64,000 nt of DNA from a virus: IMG/VR virus record IMGVR_UViG_3300028394_000053, positions 1 through 64,000 of that record. One strand, given 5' to 3'. The translations under genes were made by a program, and so were the position numbers. The notes beneath the pieces were generated by a model. It saw nothing but the letters and a program-made list of their open reading frames with translations. It was not told the DNA's origin and did not search any database. Below, one piece after another: positions 22,201-29,781 of the stretch (positions within the stretch are counted from its first letter, which is position 1; each line of letters begins with the position of its first letter).

Positions 22201-23985
22201 CAATAGTTGTATAGCAGTTCCAACGCCTTCTACATAGTATTCATTGCCCGAATAGGTGTCTGGCACTGTTATGCCTGTGAATAAAACTTTTAGTCCATTG
22301 GTAAATGTCACCCCATTGGGACTGGTATAATTAGTTTTGCCAATTATATCATCTATTTTGAGTTCAGCATCAACAGTAACATCTACTAATTTTATTACTC
22401 CGATCATGGTTGGATCTTGACTATCTTGATAATACAATATGTCTTGCACAGCAGTCAACGCCGGCATTGTTACAAAGAAACCAGAACTGTTTTTATACCA
22501 CCTAGTGCTGGCATATTGGGTTCCAAACAATACGCTACACTGTGTCAAATTGGGCACTGACAAAATACTAGTGAGAGATATGTATAATCTCCCGTCTACG
22601 TCTGGCACATAATTTATCAACCATATACCGTATTGCACAGCAGGATTTGTTATTTCTTCTAGATTACTAAATGTAGCTGCGTCATATGGCTGAGGTGGAA
22701 CATCATATTGGCCATTTACTATCCAGCTGCTGGAATTTGGAAAAAAGACAGTACGTCCATTGAGATTGGTTATTCCGTCTATGCCATTGGGATTGCTGTC
22801 TAAAAACGTATCCACATATATATTGTTGATCTGATTGAAACCAAGATTAACGACTAGATCTACTGTGCCAGGAGGTTGATTTGGAATTGATCCAAGTTGC
22901 GGCAGGTTATAATAAAAACTTTGTTCTGTTGCTGTAGGAGTATTAAAAGTTACAATACCAAGGTCAATGCCGTTATTGACAACACCATATACATCTCTGC
23001 TAGTAATGTTGGGAGTAGCAGGTATCACACCATTTATTCCCGGACTGCTTTGTATCCAAAAATCAGGACCTGTTCCATCCACAGCATCAACAATGTCAAA
23101 TTGCCCACGCATGTTGAATTCAGTTGAACTGCAATAGTACAAGGTATCCGGAGCATCTTGCGGAACTGTAAATGTGATTAGTCCAGTAACGGAGCCATTA
23201 CGAGAGACACCATTGTTGTATTGATTAATAGAACCAAAGCTGAGTTCTGTTTTGATATAAAACGGCAATGGTGCCGACAACGACAAATTGAATATATAGG
23301 TATTGCCACGCACCAGGCTCAATGTTGGATTGCTGTCGTAGTTGATGGTCCAGGCGGTGGTACCGTTGTTGGTCACACGATACTGTACGGTAACTTGATC
23401 ATTTTGTGCTATGTTAAAATTATAAGATCCTTGACGGGCTAAAGTAAGTGTTGGGTTGTTGCCGCGCACTCCAGAAAATGTATAGTATCCGTTGCTGTTG
23501 CGAGTTACTGTGTAGTTTTGAAATGTAGGAACTCCTGTGGCACTGACTGTGACTGCGTCTGGGCCACCCGGAACCCAGTAATATTGTGCATAATTTATAA
23601 ACTTGTCAAAGTCAACAAATGGATCCCAAGTATAGTAATCACTCTTGTACAGATCAGATGGGTTATTGACCACTGCGCCTTGTAAAGCCAGGGCATCATT
23701 GATTCCAGGATAGGTAATAGCATCAATGACCTGACGAGTATTGTCAGGATTGATCTGACAGACACCGGGCTCCAGTTGATAGTTGTTGCGTACCGCAGTG
23801 GGTTCTACCACGTAACGATCATTAGCATTTACTCCAGGACCAATACGGCGACCAATAAATCCTTGACTCTTTTTAAATGCTGGTTCTTGTATTAACTGAT
23901 CCAGTGTTGCGGCCAAAAACTGTTGGTTGACTGGAGTCTGGAATATCTCTGGAAGAAAGTCTACTGAGCGTACATTGTTGGCCAT
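10201..23985 (-). CDS. Giant (4594-aa) baseplate/virion structural protein with FG-GAP-like repeats and CBM5/12-like modules
   Basis: Single uninterrupted ORF coupled to the gp6-like gene. Repeats FGSAVAMS/FGTSLATS/FGNAVAM/FGSAISIN/FGTAVNY and several W-x5-Y-x2-GD-x-V modules. Confidence 0.75.
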   Translation of the reverse strand: MANNVRSVDFLPEIFQTPVNQQFLAATLDQLIQEPAFKKSQGFIGRRIGPGVNANDRYVVEPTAVRNNYQLEPGVCQINPDNTRQVIDAITYPGINDALALQGAVVNNPSDLYKSDYYTWDPFVDFDKFINYAQYYWVPGGPDAVTVSATGVPTFQNYTVTRNSNGYYTFSGVRGNNPTLTLARQGSYNFNIAQNDQVTVQYRVTNNGTTAWTINYDSNPTLSLVRGNTYIFNLSLSAPLPFYIKTELSFGSINQYNNGVSRNGSVTGLITFTVPQDAPDTLYYCSSTEFNMRGQFDIVDAVDGTGPDFWIQSSPGINGVIPATPNITSRDVYGVVNNGIDLGIVTFNTPTATEQSFYYNLPQLGSIPNQPPGTVDLVVNLGFNQINNIYVDTFLDSNPNGIDGITNLNGRTVFFPNSSSWIVNGQYDVPPQPYDAATFSNLEEITNPAVQYGIWLINYVPDVDGRLYISLTSILSVPNLTQCSVLFGTQYASTRWYKNSSGFFVTMPALTAVQDILYYQDSQDPTMIGVIKLVDVTVDAELKIDDIIGKTNYTSPNGVTFTNGLKVLFTGITVPDTYSGNEYYVEGVGTAIQLLPVTDFVTPETYIPGSPVAPDYLTINRAGPDLNPWSRSNRWFHVDVVEQTAQYNSDTNPPVLDQAFRAKRPILEFRAGTRLFDFGTQGLQPVNIVDFSQEDALTTVEGQEEFITDGYTVVQGSTIIFAGDEDLAVRNKVYQVEFITPDTIPPLIPEPIINLVPIATVVYDQTTVCLDGDTLTGVSFYFDGVNWLQTQQKTSVNQAPLFNIYNASGVSFGNQSTYPSSNFVGSKLFSYAVGTGSNDVVLGFPLSYLNLSNIGDIVFDNNLYSDSFNYTSNSQGFTTALSTGFVRQYQDRIVFQREIGWQDAAVQSQIRQQFRFAYDGRPLQLDLAVNANTVVPAIQIFVNANFLEPYDTATGDYTYSYTTTATTTTITLRRPYVVGDLVEIQVLSDQISATAFYQVPVNLENNPFNGNSNQFTLGTARNHYSTIGQNLINLEGPVIGNNNSRDLGNIVPYGLQILQQSAPLTLAGYFLRSEEYNIFNALQFNSREYIKFKSLLLNTSITNDFVNLTIPQIVDQSIAIINAGDTSISPFYWSDMLPTGTTVASNSTTVTPITIARFNTVQTYDFTTSNYLGLLVYVNDRLLARGVEYVVGDGTPTLTILIPLVVGDVVTINEYNPTYGNFVPNTPTKLGLYPKYIPRIYISTDYVRPTPVIQGHDGSITVAFGDIRDQVLLEFENRIYSNLKTDGNPVPITVEQVLPGFFRTTDYTEAEITKILGEDFLIWVGLNKLDYTAQDYLTNNPFTYNYSTAGNRINNAVLDQGAWRGIYRYFYDTMTPNTTPWEMLGFTEKPIWWEDRYGPVPYTSDNLVLWGDLEQGLVADPVAPYIKPNFARPGLTTVIPVNSLGELLPPLESVVGLYNPNDFRKSWTVGDGGPVEASWWMSSSYPFAVMRLLALTRPAEFFALFADRDLYRYNAELEQYLYNNRYRLDGNGLEIYGNGVSKASYINWIIDYNQQRGINSTTALTTDLANLDVRLCYRMAAWTDQQYLEVYLEKSSPDSQNESLQIPPESYNLLVYRDQPYAQITYSSVVVETVENGWAVYGYGSYQPYFPIIVSAVNGKLQTVSAGGATVQVPAQYTNNVTNIPYGYVFTNRTMMVDFLLSYGQYLESQGMTFTELENGYTLNWPQMAQEFLYFSQQGWQTGTLINLNPAAGQLTAYRLESVVDDIYSYSPENQLLDQNRQTIPTRDLIIQREGNSFKINPEPTANQAISFLNLRFTDYENIVIFDNVDIFNDLIYDPVTGARQSRMYLNAFNTVEWNGTLDAKGFILNQNNVKAWNPNLRYTKGDIVRYKNTYWQASGLVQPKTKFDYNDWLKSNYALIEQGLLPNLANKADQLANTYNTQTANLNNNNDLLAYNLIGFTPRQYMADLNLDDVTQVNLYQQFIKVKGTTRATDLFTRVNLTKESGNYQIYETWGVLIGTYGANSNRSYFEINLNEAKLTGSPSTVQIILPGQTSQANQTVLLNNLWSESYNITSTDILPTIYPSSQNTALPSAGYVNIDDVDITVYTLDDPSAIAANLNTVGTGTSIWVARDNPYNWNIYRCTQIPGKLTQITDNLNSTSIAQFSQITTLAVGDLIIVRYFADGVDGVYRVLGRPSPTSIIIAYAFTNNNQTTLTGNGLGWFLQTMRVSQASDVATLPYANALVPGARAWVDDNGSGHWEVLEKQAPFTLTESKNAVTPQTNSLYGTSIGQSTNHYSLLVGSPSAADGGAVYTYRRIASAGNAGTYANNIVLSLPAEDVAGYGNSLEWGDNNWAVIGASTSRSGQGYASVVYQIPGSNNYEQTQLLTALSSNAVTTNAVAFGSAVAMSKDERWMYVSAPVENLVYAYGKVEIPEQSVTYTTDGTSTAYAWSPDLIIDPAYPEQLAVILDNQPQSYPADYTIPLDSSNVVFATAPPAGVQLEIARRAFQSFDGTGSGDPTYDLQPYLYTATVGNTATNINSCTITVDGIIQRPWIDYVFSDDGNVTFNSGSEPASAAVINVTAGTYWQYVTTLPTAGLSLSANAVFGTSLATSTDGRSIIVGTQNDTAVNAAGNTVTAGSTYVFDRSVVRYVVTDTAQTIYAIPGTSIDPISVLHNDVFLTNEAQYVPGQFSVVGSNIELASSVTLTIGDSIEIETNEFQFVQKIVSQAPQNGARFGNAVAMCSNNCSLYSGAPSNTNVIEQDGSVERQANQSRLYGVTVSTIANPTLTPGTTIRINNIEVAVPNSPNNTVSGLATAISPVAWSITKQYYINDRVIYNYVCYIATASSSEKVPSSSSAYWDASFVIPNVQASLTADLEFTGDGITKIFFVGTVYSTAGSTPVVYVNNALSSGYTYNNTSQQIEFVSAPAIGVKITVVTGRLILSTINNSSAPEFNKLTVLPGVGGTGSAFAELGFNTFIYTQTLYSPNPVGYSSFGSAISINTDSVNIVIGAPNGSVYEAMSFDGGETIVDDNSTFFSNPVSNCGVAYTFDYLPSAQSSVSNTGQLVFGQQIYQLPRLDTFTFVGDGTTRTYNINSVYNTITNPPQVYLNNELLILGPDTYDYAYYSSTYFVVFATAPSTNSLIFIETGQAGTSIADRFGTAVNYVDGRLIVGAPGVDLGASSNTNYGSMSIFDNNNNLPSWAVIHEQQPVVNIELMNSVYSFDKLLNSTQTYYDFIDPLQGKILGVAARNINYIGAVDPANYNTGTIHNNGTAWGSAHVGEIWWDTDTVRFINPNQDDIVYASKRWGQIFPGSRVDIYQWIQSDVPPASYIGIGTPLSATSYTVSSILTANGVFASYYYYWVRGINTVDTANGKNLSTTAIASYIANPLGSGLPYIAALNSSTVALYNAVGLISAQDTILHIEYERQIGGANANIHTEYQFVNEGKADSFVTDSIYQKLQDSLCGEDVSGNLVPDPFLSPGLRYGVQFRPRQSMFVNRYTALQNYLGRANTILAQYPISELRTFNLLNSSESIPNATTATATAATISGNILTVAGTITGVFALGQTISGTGIPGLVTILDYGTGTGGEGTYTISASLSITARTITGTTGYNQVVSNLTVLGYQNLAAVNLGYRYLVLTDSSQGGRWTIYEVVTDPLTDITATRTTLLVRIQNYDTSLYWSYINWNQPGYNSSIQPVAQVAITADLQALSINQAPIGSSVQVNNNGQGKYEIYLRIDTGWERVVLEDGTIAFDAVLWNYALGPYGFSAEVYDAQYFDQAPTIETRKIIQAINQELFTNEFLIYRNELLILMFKYIYSEFTAPVWLMKSSFINVDHKLRALEAYQLYQQDNQTFVEQYLQEVKPYHVQTLAFNLVYDGLDLYPGSMSDFDVPARWDNTVEIPQFVSPVLTPYTDSVSLVESFVSDTAPNAAIWTETPWQSWFNNYTLSIIGATVVTGGSGYNVVPEVVFGTEWQADTVYTIGQQIFYVSGPTNNLYTVTASGTTGNIPPSFTSGSALNGTATLSWFGNGASGYATLSGTGGVQSVIVSDPGSGYTTTAAITFVGGNGTGAQAVPIMTNQLVRNFTITIRFDRYQYETTIYEWQANYSYAQGDRVRWHNLVWSANSAVSSATFNIDQWTDITIPVDAVDIVAGNTYTITSLGTVTSPTNFTLIGASQNIVGTPFIATGAGTGTGTATILLSGVDRTMGYYTPTPNMLGLSLPLLIAGDHYPGVQVMAPNFDQDIIADPDILDAVYSSSYLDTFLGTRPTDINVDGGGYIDVFSSYAPEELVPGSEFDTLDFRVYTTGGPTNGADFRIFQDMRGLQLTYIINDETTTELAQDLGTTDDIIYVDNAGALAVPNLASNRWGVLTVGAERIMYREIDLANNTVSGLLRGTAGTAITAHIDGATVYNMGTDNLFSQQYQNYIVETTTVANGSTTVFAAPNITLSTSTTAWVIGNTYTSGDIVINSGSFYSAKQNVPAGTAIANTDYWQPLAVAVEVYVGGLRITGATTWVIGNTYSFEDIVVNSGSFYSAKQNVPAGTAISNTDYWQPLSTPAEAYIVTNQAPVSVTLNTAPPDGVAVTILVRRGTWIDY
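10328..10636. repeat. Near-identical ~125-bp duplication encoding two CBM-like modules
   Basis: 10328-10455 vs 10505-10636, both encoding WVIGNTY..DIV.NSGSFYSAKQNVPAGTAI.NTDYWQPL. Confidence 0.9.
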
Positions 23986-26900
23986 TAAATTACTCCACTA
24001 CCAGGTGCAGTTTGTAAATTTGTGCTGGTGAGTGCGGTAATAACTTCTACATCGTTGACTGTGGCACCATTGACAAATATTTGATTTGGAGCAGATCTTA
24101 TTTCATACAAGTCACCAAAGCTCTTTTGTGGATCTAAGGGAACCAGGACCACGCTGCTGACAATGTCTCCAATCTGTTGATGTATATAGGCCGCAAGTTC
24201 ACTGAAGTAAAATGTATCTCCAAAGTTCCATGCTGCCAAATCAAAATAAGTTTCCATTGTGGCCACCACAAGATTGCGTATTTCACTATTGCTGGCTGTG
24301 CTCTGGCCGTTCTGGATAACTTTGATAGTGGCCCGTAGTGCAACATCAGCTTTGCGACCAAACAAGGGCTGGAAGTCGACGGAATTCAAAATCAAATTGT
24401 CTGAAATCATCTTGTAGGTATCAAGTCCGGCGTAGGCCGTGTTTAATTGATCTATAGTAGGCGGACTGGGTTCTGACACTGTGCCGGTAACATCTCTTAG
24501 CCAGTTTTGATAGGAGGTATAATATTCATTAGTGACCACATATACATCAATGATATTTGTGCTACCTGGGTCAATACGATTGGTCAGGGGACTGTTGTGT
24601 CTGTATTGAAAATACAAATCTTGTCGACCAATTCTGGCTACAAAAGTACTATTGACTGTGAGTATTCTTACACCAGAGCTGTTTAATTCTAATGTGTAAA
24701 AAATTTGGTCAGTAATAGGTCTAGGTTGGCCATTATCATATGTAAGATATTGATTGTATGCATAGAATACCTGTCCTATGTTGTATTGATCTAGCACCAC
24801 CAATATTGTGTCCTGGGTGGGATACTCGCTGTTGACTATGCCATTTTGCACCAAAAGATATCTTTGTAAATTGTCAAAGTCCACAGTCTGTTGGAAGAAT
24901 ACCAATTTGTTATTGGGACTCACTGCAGGTGCCACAAGATTGTCAAAAAAGTCTGGATCAACAGGAACAGTTCCACCGGCGCTGGTTTCAAAACTGACTT
25001 CTACCTGGAAGTCATCTGTGAGTCCATCAGTTAAGACTGGTTGAGCAATGATGGGCAATCTAGCATCTTCAGGCAAGGGATAGTTTGTATCGGGTTCTGA
25101 ATTGATTTTGAGTATGTTTACATAATCACTAATCACAGTGCCAGTGCGACTGTCATAAATTGGATCGCTGGTGTAAAAGAAGAATCTTGTTTCTGCCACA
25201 CTACCAAAGAAATAATCCAAGGATCGTGATATTACAGTATAGTTTGCACCATTGGTGGTACACTGTATTAGCCAACTGGCATCAATATTGGTGCCAGATG
25301 TGTTCTGTGCGTTGGTTAAACTGAATTCGGCATTTGTGTCTAGGTTACTGCTGGTAATCAGGTACCAGGTGGCTGTAAGATTATCATACCCTAGACCAAA
25401 ATTTTGATTTTGATAAATTTGATTTACAATATCTTGTTTTAGACTGGTGGGTATATCTGTTACAAATAACGGAATAACTTCTACGGGTATTGCACCATTT
25501 GGTACATAGGTATTCAACACCACTGGACCTGTGCCGTCGGGTAAATTTCCTAGCCCGTCTGCAATACCTGCTAGATATACCGCAGTGGGACCTGCCCACA
25601 ATACCATTTTTTGATTTGGCTGTGTTGCTGAGCCTGCTTGCAAACGGTTCTCTGCATCAAAGTAATAGCCACTGGGTGGAATAAATTTTACCAGGCTACC
25701 AACTGTGATATACTTGGCATTGTTGCTGGCATACTCACCAATGGGAACTGGTTGTCCTGCACTGTTTTCAAAATAGCCTGTGGCTTCGTTTGTTATAACT
25801 GTGCTGAGATGCCAAGTATATTGATACGAGGCCAGCTGTGGTCTTGGACGAAAATTAGCATAGTAAAACTGTTGCATACCGGCCTTGGCCAACAATGGAT
25901 TGAGTTGATTATATACCACATCGCTGATGTCGTTGATACTGAGCCAACTGAATAAAAATGCCGGTGTTAAATTGCTTTCATACAAGGCACCATCGCTGGC
26001 AAAAATATTAGTGCTGGAATATTTTCCTGTACCATCAACTAGGTCAAGATATCTGCTGGTACCAATGCTGGCACGATTTACCGCTGTGCTTTTTAGTATA
26101 CTGTTGTACTGTGTAAATGGAAAATTACTATAGTCTTCGCCGTTGACCATTCTGTTTTGTGTATAGTATTGTGCAGGAGCACGTTGTTTGATTTCAGCAA
26201 TGGTTTCTCTAGACTGGGCATTGGTCACTGGCTGAGTAATTCCGCAAGTGAAGGTCAGTGTTTCAATTTGCCCAGTACGACTCACATAGCTGATGGGGAT
26301 CTGTACGCTTTGCATTTCCTGCGGATTGATAATATAAGTCAATCCATTGCTGGCTCTAACATAAGTTCTAAATGTGCCAACAGGGATAGTACTGAATATG
26401 CCGTCACCAAAATTCAAAGTGATTTGATCATTTACTCGACTGGCAATACTGTAGATATTTTGTGTGCCTACGGCCAACTGTTCAACTGCGGCTGCATAAA
26501 CACTTTGCACTGGTCTCCAAAAAGTGCTGATATTACCCACATTATCCAATTGATACAACCACACATCGGTATTATTAACGCCTTCAATGTTTATATTGAC
26601 CGCACGATTTGTAATTCTTTCGGCCAAATTAAAGTCTTGATTTTGTAGCGTACCTTGCTTGAACAAGAAAAAGTACCCGGTGTTGGCACTAGCAAAGCCC
26701 AATTGATCGTTACGGAATAAAACATTGAATCTGCCAATAGGCAACGGCGGCGGTTCGTATATGTAATCTTGTCCTACTGCGGTGGCGTTGACCACTTCAA
26801 AAGGCATGTTGACTCCATCAACTGTGGCAGTATATGGAATCACTGGTAAAAACCCTGGAACAAGATTGATAGTGTATTCTTGTGTGCCAACTCCAAGGAT

Positions 26901-27434
26901 ATCTTGGCTAGCACCTGGGCGACCAAAGCGTTGTGTATTGACCAAGGAGGCATTGATAATAACGGTAAATTGTTCTTGCCAATCAAGATTGGTAGGATCA
27001 GCCCAGTTTATAGTGAGGTTGGCAAGATTGATACCATTGTAGTCAAAAACACTTTCTGTGGTACTGACACTGAATACTTTGAGATAACCACTTGCTTCGG
27101 TATTACGCAACGGAGTATAGCTGACCAAATTGGCCAGCTTGATCACGCTGTCTCTACGTTCAGCTGTGTCTAGGTAATTTTCTCTGGTGTTTAAGTCTGT
27201 TCTGAATGCCAGTGCCTGGCCCATAAAAGCCATGACGTCAAGCAAGGCAATGAATTCACTACTTTCAATGTAGTCATTGAAAGTTTCTGGATAGTACAGG
27301 CGCAAATAATCTACAAAACTTTTACGCAGTGTTTCAAAATCATAACTTTGAAAGTCGGCTTCTCTATAGGTTTGATAGATCCGTTTCCAATCCTCGACGC
27401 CAAATATTACAGTTTGTCTTGTAGTTGTAGCCAT
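23985..27434 (-). CDS. gp6: Baseplate wedge subunit, T4 gp6-like
   Basis: DFETLRKS..NDYIESSEFIALLD..ENYLDTAERRDSVIKLANLVSY, FGDGIF, ETIAEIKQRAPAQYYTQNRMVNGEDY. Confidence 0.85.
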   Translation of the reverse strand: MATTTRQTVIFGVEDWKRIYQTYREADFQSYDFETLRKSFVDYLRLYYPETFNDYIESSEFIALLDVMAFMGQALAFRTDLNTRENYLDTAERRDSVIKLANLVSYTPLRNTEASGYLKVFSVSTTESVFDYNGINLANLTINWADPTNLDWQEQFTVIINASLVNTQRFGRPGASQDILGVGTQEYTINLVPGFLPVIPYTATVDGVNMPFEVVNATAVGQDYIYEPPPLPIGRFNVLFRNDQLGFASANTGYFFLFKQGTLQNQDFNLAERITNRAVNINIEGVNNTDVWLYQLDNVGNISTFWRPVQSVYAAAVEQLAVGTQNIYSIASRVNDQITLNFGDGIFSTIPVGTFRTYVRASNGLTYIINPQEMQSVQIPISYVSRTGQIETLTFTCGITQPVTNAQSRETIAEIKQRAPAQYYTQNRMVNGEDYSNFPFTQYNSILKSTAVNRASIGTSRYLDLVDGTGKYSSTNIFASDGALYESNLTPAFLFSWLSINDISDVVYNQLNPLLAKAGMQQFYYANFRPRPQLASYQYTWHLSTVITNEATGYFENSAGQPVPIGEYASNNAKYITVGSLVKFIPPSGYYFDAENRLQAGSATQPNQKMVLWAGPTAVYLAGIADGLGNLPDGTGPVVLNTYVPNGAIPVEVIPLFVTDIPTSLKQDIVNQIYQNQNFGLGYDNLTATWYLITSSNLDTNAEFSLTNAQNTSGTNIDASWLIQCTTNGANYTVISRSLDYFFGSVAETRFFFYTSDPIYDSRTGTVISDYVNILKINSEPDTNYPLPEDARLPIIAQPVLTDGLTDDFQVEVSFETSAGGTVPVDPDFFDNLVAPAVSPNNKLVFFQQTVDFDNLQRYLLVQNGIVNSEYPTQDTILVVLDQYNIGQVFYAYNQYLTYDNGQPRPITDQIFYTLELNSSGVRILTVNSTFVARIGRQDLYFQYRHNSPLTNRIDPGSTNIIDVYVVTNEYYTSYQNWLRDVTGTVSEPSPPTIDQLNTAYAGLDTYKMISDNLILNSVDFQPLFGRKADVALRATIKVIQNGQSTASNSEIRNLVVATMETYFDLAAWNFGDTFYFSELAAYIHQQIGDIVSSVVLVPLDPQKSFGDLYEIRSAPNQIFVNGATVNDVEVITALTSTNLQTAPGSGVI

Positions 27435-27479
27435 AGTTCTTCCAGTGTTTTGTATTTATGGCATTAATAATCTGGGTAG

Positions 27480-27854
27480 TTAAACATACGTGGCTACACG
27501 CTGAGTCTGATCAAAGAAAACACTCAATCTTTGTGCGTCTGTGGTTGGAACTACGGTAAGCTCAAGCTGTATCAACAGGCCGTTTTCTTGTGGGAATACT
27601 TCTAGGGCGCTGATATAAATCCTAGGATCTCCGGCTGCTACACGCTGGATTTCAGTGTACATTGATTGCAAAGTATCTTGTGTTTGATTTTCAAACAACA
27701 TGTCCCACAGGGTAGTTCCGTAGGCAGGACGGCCCACCAGTTCACCTTGTCTAATATTAAAAGCATTTAGCAAGTCTCTTTTGATCAGTTCAAAATCAGT
27801 TAAAGTAAAATACTTGTTTTGATTGATGGTATTAAATCCAATAAACGTAGTCAT
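27480..27854 (-). CDS. gp25: Baseplate wedge subunit, T4 gp25-like
   Basis: IKRDLLNAFNIRQGELVGRPAYGTTLWDMLFE..DPRI; directly upstream of the gp6-like gene. Confidence 0.85.
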   Translation of the reverse strand: MTTFIGFNTINQNKYFTLTDFELIKRDLLNAFNIRQGELVGRPAYGTTLWDMLFENQTQDTLQSMYTEIQRVAAGDPRIYISALEVFPQENGLLIQLELTVVPTTDAQRLSVFFDQTQRVATYV

Positions 27855-27867
27855 AATGTATTTACTC

Positions 27868-29781
27868 TTATCCTATTCGTGGAAAGGTGGGTCTCGCTTG
27901 ATTTAAAGCATTACTAATCACACCGCCGGCCTGCGTGGATATTCCCGATGCAGTATTTTGTGCCTGACTTATTAGCCCTGTCACAGTATTTTGTGCTTGA
28001 GAGACTTGGCTTAATAACGCACCGCCTTGGCTTTTTAAGTTCTGTAGGATTGTTGCTGCTGATGAAATATCTGCAAGAGAACTCAAAGACAAACTATTAG
28101 CCGATGGTGCTTCAAACGAAGGCACTGGTATTTTAGAACTTCCTAGTATCTTAACAAATGCCACATCCAGTGTGGCACGATTTGTTGTGTTTGTAAATCC
28201 AGCTGCGGTTTGTACTTTTGCTACTAGATCGCCAGCTCCGCCACCAAATATATTGCTAAGACTGTCTAAACTCAAATTAGATAAACCATTGAGTTTATCA
28301 GTTACGTTGCTTATTTGACCGTTGACTGCATCAATCGCACTGCTGACAGCGCCGGTTGCTGCCGCAGTGGCATTGTCAATTGCACCAGAAACAGCCGCAG
28401 TGGCATTGTCAAGAGCACCTGTGGCCAGGGCACCTACATCGGTATTTGCTAAATTAGTAATTGCACTTGTTGGATTGCTAAATGCTGTGGCAAACTGTGC
28501 AGCCTTGCCTGTGATGTCAAGGTTACTGGTCAGCGAGCTAACACTTTGTCCAATATTACCAACCGTGGTACTCAATGATCCGCTTAGACCGCTAAGAACA
28601 CCGGCTGGATTTGGAAGCTGTCCATTTACTAAACTTGTTAAATTACTAGTCTGACTCCAGGCTGCTGTGGCTGCTGATCCAAATCTTCCTGCGTTGGCAA
28701 CCAAGGCACCTACATCTCCCACTGCGGTATTTGTCAAGACACTGGTCACGCTATTTTGTGTAAACACCTGTCCAACACTGGCTGTTATTGCCTGTGTGGT
28801 TGATGGAGTTATTACTCCATTTGATACCAGCCCAGTGTAACCATCTTGTAGTAACGATGTCATGGCCCTAGTTTGTGTTCCTGGATTTGCTAAAAATTGT
28901 GCGGCTGTAGTAATTCCGCCTTTGCCAGTCCAAATTCCAGGAGAACTCAGTACACTGGTCAACGGCGCTGGATCAAATATAAATCGTTTCCAAGTATTGG
29001 GCTTGACATACCCGGCCTGTTCTAATTGCACACAGCTTAGACCGTATTGTCCAACTCCCTTATCGTCACTCATTGTGTCGGCGGGCTGATCCACCAGGTT
29101 GGCCACCTGGGCCAGGATACCTTGCACCTGTATTGAACTGAGAGGCCCAATTGCTGCAACAGGAAGACCTGTGTTGATGTTTATTAAATTGGCTTGATTA
29201 ATTGGATTAGTCAACGGCGTGTTAACCAATGCGGGTATTCCAGTACTGGTGGGCAAATTGTTCAACGTCAAAATTGCATTCAATCCATTGTTTGTTAATG
29301 CATCCAGTATGCTGGTTGTCAATGTACCTAGTGAATTATTTGTCAATGCATTCAGTGAATTATTTGTCAATATCCCTAGTCCATTGTTTGTCAACGCATT
29401 CAGTAGTGCATTATTTGTTGATATGCCCAGTCCGTCATTTGCCAATGTATTCAATATGCTGTTGGTCAATGCATTCAGTGAATTATTTGTCAATATCCCT
29501 AGTCCGTTGTTTGTTGCTATTGATGCCCCTAGACCACTACCTATCAACGAAAGTATTGCCTGGTTGTCAACTCCGGCTGTTCCTCGATCCAATCTACTAA
29601 GCGCAAACTTGGTAATGTTTGTTGCGGCACCGGTCAGTGTTTGCCCAGGGCTGTAGCCCACCAATGCCCCAGCGGCCACTTGACCATAAAATATCAAATC
29701 AGCCTGTAACTGTGTGGTGCCAGCAGGTGCAGATAGTCTGAATGTAGAACCTGAAGGAAGAGTATAGTTGAATATGCTCAT
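27868..29781 (-). CDS. Baseplate/tail-associated protein with a lysozyme-like segment and low-complexity repeats
   Basis: Likely start MSIFNY at 29781 (ATGA overlap with the gp5-like stop). GVGQYGLSCVQLEQAGYVK..WTGKGG..FLANPGTQ resembles a lysozyme-fold motif. Confidence 0.5.
   Translation of the reverse strand: MSIFNYTLPSGSTFRLSAPAGTTQLQADLIFYGQVAAGALVGYSPGQTLTGAATNITKFALSRLDRGTAGVDNQAILSLIGSGLGASIATNNGLGILTNNSLNALTNSILNTLANDGLGISTNNALLNALTNNGLGILTNNSLNALTNNSLGTLTTSILDALTNNGLNAILTLNNLPTSTGIPALVNTPLTNPINQANLININTGLPVAAIGPLSSIQVQGILAQVANLVDQPADTMSDDKGVGQYGLSCVQLEQAGYVKPNTWKRFIFDPAPLTSVLSSPGIWTGKGGITTAAQFLANPGTQTRAMTSLLQDGYTGLVSNGVITPSTTQAITASVGQVFTQNSVTSVLTNTAVGDVGALVANAGRFGSAATAAWSQTSNLTSLVNGQLPNPAGVLSGLSGSLSTTVGNIGQSVSSLTSNLDITGKAAQFATAFSNPTSAITNLANTDVGALATGALDNATAAVSGAIDNATAAATGAVSSAIDAVNGQISNVTDKLNGLSNLSLDSLSNIFGGGAGDLVAKVQTAAGFTNTTNRATLDVAFVKILGSSKIPVPSFEAPSANSLSLSSLADISSAATILQNLKSQGGALLSQVSQAQNTVTGLISQAQNTASGISTQAGGVISNALNQARPTFPRIG
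29270..29520. repeat. Imperfect tandem coding repeats (TNNGLGILTNNSLNAL)
   Basis: GCATTCAGTGAATTATTTGTCAATATCCCTAGTCC occurs twice (about 29348 and 29471), with further partial copies. Confidence 0.85.

Noticed and set aside
29270-29520. CRISPR-like array
   Set aside because: The repeats are in-frame coding units without unique spacers, and no cas genes are present.
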